From Lama glama (Eukaryota): a DNA stretch of 64,000 nt. The notes under the pieces were generated by a model that was not told the DNA's origin, ran no database searches, and saw only the letters and a list, made by a program, of their open reading frames with translations. The position numbers were made by a program, and so were the translations under genes. The stretch is taken from assembly GCA_028534125.1 (NCBI GenBank), contig CM052850.1, positions 5,952,001 through 6,016,000 on the forward strand, in the 5' to 3' direction. This document shows, one piece after another, positions 54,301 to 64,000 of this stretch; positions within the stretch are counted from its first letter, which is position 1, and the number at the start of each line of letters is the position of its first letter.

Positions 54301-55059
54301 AATGGCTGCGCCCAGATCCTAACAAAAACTTCTTGCTCAGAACCTACCCAGTCCCTTCCCTTACGACTGTGAGGCCCCTGCACTTCATTTTTTATTGTTT
54401 TTCTTTACCTTTGGAAAGAGAAGTTAGCACTCAAAGCTATTATTCCTTCTATATCCTTTTTGAATGTCTCTTCCCAGGGAGATAAAGAAATCGTATTATC
54501 CTTTGTCTCCCTAAGGTCTGGCACCTTTGTAATTTCTGAATTTTTGGAAGTCACACCCTGTTCTTTCAGTACCTGCAAATTAAATAACCAGCCCAGTGAA
54601 AGCATCAAGACTGGTACTGTAGGGGAGCTGGTCTCAGTACTTCAGGGGTACACAGCATTGCCTAAGGAATTATTAATATAAGGAAGCAGCTACAGTTTTT
54701 CCCAAGGTCAGACGAAGTAGAGCAGTGACTCTTGATCTTCGAGGGATCTTGGATCTGCTTGTAAATCCAGTGAATGTGAAGAAAGACTGCCAAGGAGAGA
54801 TACACATACACACACGCACAGTTCTGCGTACGACTCCAGGGGGCCATGGACCTCTTGGTAAACTGTTGGAGTAACTCATGAAATGAAGCAGAGTGAAATC
54901 CTAAACCAGCATAGGTCATCCTGTTTATCAGCACCAACATAATTAGCCATTTTCACTTAAAAATAAAAACCCAGAGTTCCTATAATGCCACCATGGGTCT
55001 AAGTGGCCTCCTCTAAATACAGTAGTTGTTCCTGGGCTAGGAGCATGGCCTGGTTGGGA

Positions 55060-55230
55060 GGAAAGTTCAGGAGTCAGACAGACATAGGTTCAAATATTAA
55101 CTCTGCCGTTTAAAACCTGTCTCCAGATCCCTGAGACAGGTTTTCTGAGCCTCAGTTGCCCTCACCAGCATAGCATGGTGAATAATACCTACTTTTCAAG
55201 TTTCTTGGATGTATTTGATGAAATAACTTA
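55060..55230 (+). mobile_element. MIR
   Basis: GGAGTCAGACAGACATAGGTTCAAAT...CTCTGCC...TCTGAGCCTCAGTTGCCCTCA...AATAATACCTAC. Confidence 0.6.
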
Positions 55231-55613
55231 CTGATACAGTCTTTAAACATATACTGATCATCTATTATGTGCCTCCCAGTGTACTGGCCACTGAGAAAGT
55301 AAAGGCAAAACAGTCCCTTTGCTCAAAGAGTTCTTGGACTTTGTGTCTGCAGAGTCCTTGTAACAGGTGCTTTGTAAACAGTAGATTCCTCCACGAGTGA
55401 ACGTTACCAGGCAGTGGGAAATGCAGAGACTGGTGGTGTGTTCCTGGCCGTGGGCAGTGGGGGCGGGAGTGTGTTGGGCCATATGGGATTTACCGTCTCA
55501 TCCATGCCACTGTTAGCATTTGATGTGATCACTTCATGTCAATTTTCTCCAACACAGACATGTTAATCCATTTCCTCATGCTTCTTTTTCTCCTTCCTCA
55601 CCCTGCTTCTAAG

Positions 55614-55698
55614 GGGAATGCCTCTGCTATGAAGGTTACATGAAGGATCCAGTCCACAAGCATCTTTGCATTCGGAACGAATGGGGCACAAACCAGGG
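55614..55698 (+). CDS. ASTN1: Astrotactin-1 exon 8 (rest of EGF-like domain 1); absent from the ORF track
   Basis: Long pyrimidine tract, acceptor cttctaag|GG, donor GG|gtaagt. 85 nt encoding (G)ECLCYEGYMKDPVHKHLCIRNEWGTNQ(G). Confidence 0.96.
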
Positions 55699-56284
55699 GT
55701 AAGTGAGGGGGCGGTGGGTCAGCCGGTTCCCAGATGTCAGTGCTCCCTCACGCAGACATGACGTGGAGCCACAGTGTGTAGAGGAACAGAGCAAAAGGGT
55801 GGTTATATTCTGAACGGCAAATGGGTAAAAATGTCCCCGTGCGTTTCCATATTTATACTATGCCGGTGACGTCCATCTCATCTCTCTCTCCACTTACGAG
55901 TTTGGAGATGGCGCCTCTGACTCGCAGCCCGGCTGCCTCCAGCTGGGATCTGGAAATCAAGCTGTCCCTCTCTTCCTTTTCACGCCACTGTCAGCCACGA
56001 GGAGTCCACAGCCAGAACTTAGCTGATGGTTTTGTTGGAGGCACGCGAAGCCGCAGTCTCCAGGGTAGCTCCCCCAGAGCCTGACGAGCTTTGCGAGACT
56101 GACATGAGTAGAAACTTGTTTTCACCAGGGCTGTCAGCAAGTGTGAAACGCAAAGACTCAGGGAGTGCTTGGGACTGAGTCAAAGGATTTTTGCCCGATG
56201 CCCAGTTACCATTTCTCTGTGAGACCTTTGCTTTCCCCTAAGCACACACGACTGGGATAAAATAGTTACCTTGTCTATTGCTTT

Positions 56285-56425
56285 CTTTTTCTTTTCTTTT
56301 TTTCAACTTTTTATTGTGATAAAATATACATAACGTAAAAATGATCATTTCCACATTGTTAAGTGCACAAGTCAGTGGCATTAAGCACATTCACATTGTT
56401 GTGCCACCATCACCACCATCCATCT
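56285..56425 (-). mobile_element. L1MB-like 3' end fragment, antisense
   Basis: T-rich tail then TTTATTGTGATAAAATATACATAAC...AAGTGCACAAGTCAGTGGCATTAAGCACATTCACATTGTTGTGCCACCATCACCAC. Confidence 0.75.
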
Positions 56426-58669
56426 TCTATTGCTTTTTAAAAGGAACTTTCTACTTTGTTTTGGGTGCTGAGAGCTTCCTCTCTGCATTGGCTGTGTTAT
56501 GGAGGAGGGTGTGGGGAGAAAGCGATCAATAAATCAATAAACGCTAACTAATAATAGCCATCGATGGGGAAGGGAGCATTAGAAAGAAATCAAGGCAAAA
56601 GCCATCTCAGAGTGATTGCTCGGACTGCAGAGTAGAAATGTGTTTGCAGCCTGACAAGGTGGAAAAAAGGAACCACCGTCATTTCACACATTGCCATGGA
56701 GGACTCTTCGCCCCGAGGTCGGTGCTCAGCCTCCTCTGTATGATTCTGATGAGCCCAAGCCTAGAATATTGAATGTAGTTCAGGACTCTTAAAGCAATAA
56801 ATATGGAGACAAATGGGTGAGAGTTTGGAGAAGAGCAATAAAAATGATTGAAGATCCCAAGGGAGTGATTTACGACCAAGGGATAGAAGAACTCCACTCT
56901 GAGAACTTGGCCAGCTGATGACTAAGTCAAGGCATGATGGATGCCCTTAGACGTTCAAAGAGGGCAGATGTGCTGGAATGGGTTGAAGTTGAGGGATAAG
57001 GACATGAGAGAATGAAGTTAGGGAAAGGAAATCTGAGTCACAGGTCAGAAAGCTTAGAGGAAGTCAAAATGCCATGAAATTTTTCCGTTAGTGAAAAATA
57101 AAGGATGGCTCCGTCTCCGCTGAATTTTAGATCCTATCAGGGAGGCAGTCCACAAGATGTAGAGGAAGATGTTTGGAGGAGGGTAAGCACATATGAGGTG
57201 GCCTGTGGCTGAAAGATTGGTGGGGAGGGCAGAGAACTTGGCTCGTAGATGCCAAGAGGAGTTTGAATAAAGAGTGCCGCTCGCCACGGCTATGTAAAGT
57301 CAGTTTTGTTCCCTTGTCCTCTGACCCCTGAAATATTTGCATGGTTTCTGGGAAGCCAGGATTTTAGCTTATGTGATGGCCGAGAATCTCAGTTGACTAT
57401 GATTCTTATTGGGTAAAATATTGCTAAAGGTGACAGATAACCAGCTCTCTGTCTTTTCACCTGCGTACCTGCTGCTGAAGTGAACAATGACAAAATATCG
57501 TTCGGGTTCGTGCCCCAAATGGTCCAGACTGGCTCTCTGCAGAGACTGGATTTGGTGGCTAATCGCTCAGGCCTCCACATCCCTTGCCTTGTAGACAGAT
57601 CATGTGAGGATGGGCCTGACTTCACCGGGTAATTACACAAGGCTTTGTTATTCCCTCTGGCTGCGTGTAGAGACAGTCCTAGGATGTAGACAGGAGCCTC
57701 CAGGGAAGTGGTGGAGGCCCCACGTGGGTGTCATTTCAAATAAGACAGGATCAAGCACTGAGTTACAGACTGACAGGAACATTAGCCCCAGGAAACAGAC
57801 AAGGAGACCTAATCTGTCATTTCCATCTCCAATTTCCATTATTCCCTGATCATCACTGTCTATGAGGTCTCATTTTGGACACTAATAAAATAAAGGAGCA
57901 ACTGGTAGGAGGGGAAAAAAGTGCCTATCTTGAGAATAATGGAACAGGGAGTGATAAGCACCGGGAGTTTATATGTGTATAAAAAAGTGCCAGACAAAGG
58001 ACTGCATTTCCCTCATGAAATGACAAGATAAATGAAAAGTAGAAGATGCCATATATCTTGATTTAAATCAGGGATCTGATGCCACGTTTCTTTAAATGAT
58101 TCTTACAAAATTAATCGAAATTGATTTGAACATGAAGACTGTCACTTGGCTCAAAAAGTACCTGACAGATTGCTAACTAATGATACACGGATTGGGGTAT
58201 TATGGGGGAAAAAAATCAATGGTCGGCCTGATTTTCCTGAATATTTTATTTAATGGTCCAGAAGGTGGAGGTAAGCAGCATGCATGGGTGTTTGTTTTTC
58301 ACTTAGTATTCTTAGACTGCATACATTATACAGCAGCTGAACGTTCTTTTGAAATAGAACAGCTAAATCCTAGGCCCACGATAGTTAAAATGAATTCCCC
58401 TGTGAAAAATCTAGGTTAATGTACCAGGAGAAAAGGAGCAATAAGCTACTCATGACTTTCAGACAAGGAAGAAAATTAATCAAGGACATTAATCCAAAAA
58501 ACCCACAAATGGATGGGTCTGTGAGACAGAGGAGTTGCACCTGCAGCTTTATCCAGCCTCGTTGCTTCATTTTACCTGGGCTGGTGCGTATGTGTGTGTA
58601 TATGTGTGTGTGTGAGTGAGCAAGTCTGTTTATAGAAATCCTCTCACCACGACACTCCGTCATTTCTTC

Positions 58670-59120
58670 TCTCACTCATTCACGTTTTCAACAAATATTC
58701 ACTCCATCACCCATTGTGACCCAGGATAAGTGAGGCTGCTAATTAGAAGATGTTTGGAAGAACTAATAGTCTAGACAGGTAGATGGGCACATAACAGAAA
58801 GGAAAAATTACAATGAATTTAAAACCTGTGAAAACAAAAATGTGAGCAAAATTCAATGGGATTAAGGGGTGACTTATGTGACATCCAAGAGTCTAGAATA
58901 GGACTTTGGGGAGAAGTTAGATTTTGAACTGTTCTGTTTAACAGGTAACAGAGGTAATTCTAAGCAGAAAGAATAGCACATTGCCAGGGCTTGGAGACGT
59001 AGGGAGCATGGTTTTTCCAAGAATGGCCAACAAATAACTCAATATAACTTAACTGTGTAACTTACAGAGACACGAGAAGAGGCTAATAAATTGGGTAAAG
59101 ACTAGATCTGGAATCTTGCT
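58670..59120 (-). mobile_element. L2 fragment (antisense)
   Basis: CTCACTCATTCAC...CAACAAATATT...AATAGTCTAG...ATTCTAAGCAGAAAGAATAGCACATTGCCAGGGCTTGGAG. Confidence 0.5.
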
Positions 59121-62100
59121 TCTTAAGGCTCTGGACCTAAAGCTCCACGTGTACAGCCCTAGAATGATCAGCAGGAGCATCTGCATATTTGGTGGGATGT
59201 CCCTTCACTACACATTATTTTCTGGGCCCTTCAAAATAAATTAAAATAATCCTAAAAAGAAAATCAAAACCAAAGGGAACACACACAAAACCTCTTGAGG
59301 CTATCTAAAGTTTTATTTATCTAGATTCTGCAAGTAAAGCGTAGCCTGAAAATTATCCTGTAGATAAAAAGTTTTCAAGACCAAACAGCAAAGAATGACA
59401 GAAAATCAGGGACCGTAATGTACAAGGTATGTGAGTCGAGGGGATTCAGCCATCTTCTGGTGACTCTGGTTTTGCCAGAAATGCGCAAGAAGTGACACAT
59501 CCGCGTGTGAGTCTGGGTGGTAAAGCCCATTGCTGAAGTGCACCCAGGTGAGAGGATCCAAGGGGCAGGTTGTAAGATCACTGAACTCATTACACACAAG
59601 GCTCCTATTCACTAAAAGTAAAAATAGCTTCAGAAGGATTTAAACAAAGTCCTGGATGACAGATTTCTAGTGAATTATTAAAAGAACATGAGATGCTTGA
59701 GCTTACATCCTTGGTCTTTGGGGTTGGCGACAAAATCAGTCAGTTCGTGCCCTAGCCCACCTGGTGACCCAGGTGCCCAACAGAGGAGCCAGGATAGAGG
59801 GGTCCTACCCCAGCACAGGGCTTCGCCACACCTTCTGTCTGATCCCTGCACAACTGCGCCGCCTTCCACCCCTACAGCTGCGTGGACACAGCCAGGACTG
59901 TTAGGGTGTCTGTTTGATATCTGTCTGCTAGGGCAACAAGGACAAATTAAACTTTTTCACCAACAAGAAATGAAACCAGTAAGTGAGAGTAGAGGAGGCA
60001 AGAGAGATTGATTTACGTGAAAATGTTCGAGGAGGAAAAACATTTATTAAACTACTTCGGAGATTATTAAGAGAGGCTATAATAATGTTTTTGTTAGATT
60101 AAGAGTGTATACAGTGGCCTCTAGATACATTTTTTAGAAGATCGCAGTTAGATTAAATTCATGTGTTTGAAGATTCCTGGTAAATAATAGTCTGATTTCT
60201 TACTCTGGCATCTCAGATACAGGGAGCAACACCAAGGAGATGCCCCACCTGAGAATAGATTACTAGATTTCAGCGCTGAAGGATGGTGATAAAGTGATAA
60301 TTTATGAGATGGGAAGAGACTGGCTGTGGAAAAGGAACAGGTGTTTCTCCAAGGTTTTAGACGCTGTTGTCAGAAGTGGCCCGGCTCATCAGAGCCCTCC
60401 TTTCACTGCCTGCTCAGGAGGCCACATGCTTACCGTGACCTGCCTCCAGATTAGTACACGTTTGTGCACATGGGTGCGCGTATGCACGCACACACACACT
60501 CTCATATGGCCCACACCACCTTAATATGTCTTTTCCATTGTTCCGGGTGCTTACTGTTCCATGTCTACAGCTCCTCCCTTCTGCTCACCCTCCCAGGAGT
60601 GACTGCTAAGGGATCCTAACTCTGTATCAGGAACAAATGCCCCACACCATAGAATCCAGTTTCCTTTTCAAGCCAAGATTGAGGATGGTGTTGGTCATGG
60701 TTGGCCTCAGCCCCTCTGTCTTGCTCAAAAGCGTCCTTGACAGAAAGTAATTTTATTTGAGTCAGTCTGAATGATGCCATCTCTAACATTTCCCTAGAGG
60801 CCACTCACAGCCCGCTGGAGAGGATGCCTTTGCCTCTGGGTTCTAGGTATGGAGCAGAGACCAGCCTCCACTGATTATTCAAAATGATCCATTTAAAACC
60901 CAGTCTCACCTTCTGACCACCTAAACCTGAGCGAGAACGTCCTCTCAGCTGTCTGACCATCAAAGTGCAAATGCTGACCTGTTGTAGGGCAGTGACTAGG
61001 GTGCTGGGGGGTAGCTCTGATTGCCAGCCCAGGTCCCGGGCAGTGCTTGGCCTCTTTGACCTGCCCAAAGTCTCGTCAGAAGTGACTCAGATGGAGTCAG
61101 ACAGTCTTGCGTGACATATGACATTTCCTGACTGTCCTTTGCCCGTTGTGAGCTCATCTGGCTTTGCTTCCCCACCCCCATGCCTGTTTCTGTGTCACTG
61201 ATGCCCTGTTCACCTCCCTCCGGCCCCTCAGACAAGATTTGCAGGCCAGCCTGCTGGTGCTCTTTTATCTCTAGTGCCCTCCCTCCTCCCTCCAGCCACG
61301 ACCTCTTTGTCTGTGCCCAGCTCCTGTCACCGCCACGCCATGCACAAATGCGATTATCTTCCCATTAGCTCTTTTTCTTTCTCCTTTTTTCTGTTTCCGT
61401 GTTTCTGTGTGTGTGAGAGAGAGAGACTTTCTAATTACTCCTAACTTACTCAACTTATTCCTAGCAAGGGTTTCCTGTGTATTTAATTGGCCCTTTATTT
61501 CTCACTCTTCTTTTCATTCCTCTTTTTTTCTTGATTTGCATCTCCTCCAGGAGTCAGTAGAAATGTGGTGGTCCTCTCTACCACTCATTTCAATGTCAAA
61601 CAGATCATCTGAGCTCTTAGAATTAAACCTAAAGTTCCTAGTTCCTTCTCTCTCTCGCTCTCGCTCTCACTCTCTGTCTCAGCCCTGCTGTAACCTGATT
61701 CCAGCAGAAATATTGCCCCATAGAATTGACCTCCACTGGGCGAGCTGGCAGGAACTGAGTAGTTGAAAGGGAATCTTCACCTGCCAGCACCTCCTTGGAC
61801 AGACCGAACGGGATCCAGTCTCCTATTTGGCCTCGGGAATTCTGAACCTCATTCTCAGGGATCTTCTCAAGTTAAAACATGTTGGAACTTGACCCATTTT
61901 CACAAAGCAGGTGGTCAGGCAGCTGAGTCCAGCCATACGCTTTGCACGTTGCAGGTGGACATCTTGCTAGAAGAGTGGCTGAGGGCTGAGACCCTCCTTG
62001 CCCCTGCAGCCAAAGCAAGCAAACTCTGAGACACAGGGGATGTTTATCCAGATACGTGCCTTTTCCTCATTTGCACAAAGGCACTTGAGGAGCCAGTGCT

Positions 62101-64000
62101 GACCCTGGCCATGGTCATTTTAGGCGATGCCCTTTGCTCTCCTCTTAGAGGCAACTCTAACCTTCTTGGTTACTCAGGGTGATACGAGAGCGAAATACGC
62201 CCTAATAATTGACTCCCTGATGCCAGTTCATGGAGCAGAGACTTAATCATCTGGGGAGCGTATTTAAGATAATGATTTCTGATCTCTACCCCAAGCGATT
62301 TTCATTTCATGGGTCTAGGAGAAAGCCCAGACTCTGTACATAAGAAAAGCTCCCCTGCCGCCAAATGGTTCTGAAACACAGCCAGACTTAAGGGCCCTTC
62401 CTAAGCAAGGTGTAGAAGCCCCACATCCCCCAAGGAAGGCATCCCCTCTAATGAAAACAAGAACGGGTTTGTAGACTAGCGTCTGAGTGCATCCTAAAGG
62501 ATTCTTGCATCTTACTGTTTGGGAAACAGAGGATCAGAGAGGTGAAGAAACTTGCTCAAGGTCACATAGCCGGTGGCAAAGCGTTATAGTGGCAGGTGGG
62601 TATTGGAGATAAATCATTTAGTTAAATACTGATTTCAAAGAGAACACAATGTGACAGGCATGTGACACTCCGGAAGTCGGTTATCAACTGAAGGTGAGAG
62701 GTGCACATTCTGTGGTCCCCACCTGCTTCTCTGTGTCCTCCTCCCCCAGGGACTGACGGGACTCAGCTTCATCCCACCCCTCCCCACGTGACAAGTGTCT
62801 GCAGTCCCCCTGTAGTACTGCCTACCCCACCACAAAGGAGGATGAAACTTTCACAGCATTCTCTCTGACTGGTCCAGTCATGGCACTGAGAGACTTATTT
62901 TAAACAGTGCCGGGGATGGGAACACTCATATTTCCTCCAACATGACCACCAGGGTGAAAAAAAATCAACCTCAATTTACCCTCCCATCTGCTCAAGAATG
63001 GAAGATAAATTGTTTCAATTTTATAGAAATGAATGTTTTATGTCTGGCTCATGCTTTCCAGATAGTGCCCTGAATTTATAAATTCTACTGAATGCATGGA
63101 TGTTTTCCACTAGGACTGCTCCCTAGACCTGCAGCTTCTCTGGGTTTCGATCTAAGAATGCTAGGTTTGAGAACGCTGTCATTTTCCTTGGCTTTGGAGA
63201 TCCTGACTATCTTCTTTTCTTTAACATAAATAGGAAAAAAGTCCACTTATTATTCCATGCTCAGAGAAAACTACCATTACCATTTTGGCATATTTCTTCC
63301 CAATTTCTTTTTCTATGCATCAAATTTTTTTCCTTCCTATTGCTCCCCCCTTCAATTTTGAATACATTTTTGTTCTCTTTCATAATTTAACAATGAGCAT
63401 GTATTACTTTTGTAACCATAAAATGGGGGAGCAGTTAAGAAGGAAGCTTTAAAAGTGTCTTTGTGATACATTATCTTTCTCAAACTGTTTTCTTTGGGGA
63501 AGTTATTCTTAATATCTAACTGAAAACTCTCAGTTGAAAACCTGATTTTGGAGGAAAGAAGAAAGTGGCTCAGGGTCTAGCATTCAGGTCAAATTCTTCT
63601 AATATAAACATCTCTGTAAGTCTGTGTAAAGCAAAGGGCTGGATGGACACCAAGAAGTGACCCTCAAATTCAGCACAATATTTAACGCAGTACAACTTCA
63701 ATGTCACTGGAGATTTTGAGCAGCCCCTCAGATAATGCTGATTAACTGCTGCCATATATTAAGCATGTAATGCTGGGCTCAGTGTTTTATTGTTTTTTTT
63801 TAATATCATCACTAATCTTGATAAAACTCCTCCAAACTGGTTAAGAGGTGAGCAATTCGTAGTGTTTATCCCACCCACAATTTCTGTGAAAACAATTTCA
63901 GTAAAACTCATCTTAAGGTTCATTCTTCTTAGATAAGCATTTGAAATTCTTGTTCAAACATTCATAACTACAATTATTTTCCCCTAAGTTTTAACTTTGT

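Noticed and set aside
61218-61245. Peptide GPSDKICR resembling the next ASTN1 exon (EQPSDKIFR)
   Set aside because: The upstream PWPYTIFQRGFDLVLG sequence is absent and no GT donor follows. Chance match; exon 9 lies beyond the window.

Overview
Mammalian genomic DNA, probably a camelid (tRNA-Ala-derived SINEs with a camelid-type tail; no Alu, Bov-A/BovB, PRE-1 or CanSINE seen). The whole window lies inside one + strand gene, astrotactin-1 (ASTN1). It covers the end of intron 1, coding exons 2-8 (188, 394, 147, 108, 150, 168/192 and 85 nt, all GT-AG with matching phases) and the start of intron 8. Intron 5 hosts miR-488. The rest is intronic, with MIR, L2, L1, MLT1, hAT transposon remnants, SINEs and microsatellites. 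Nearly all ORFs in the supplied track are spurious. I found no new multi-gene system. The best leads concern RNA processing: a recursive-splice-like AG|GTAAGT in intron 2, a miR-488-5p seed variant that also creates AG|GT, an exon 7 alternative donor adding a furin-type RERR motif, a G-quadruplex between exon 5 and miR-488, a local ~100-nt duplication, and a hAT transposase relic. Gene and repeat-family names come from recalled sequences, not database searches, and old-repeat boundaries are approximate.
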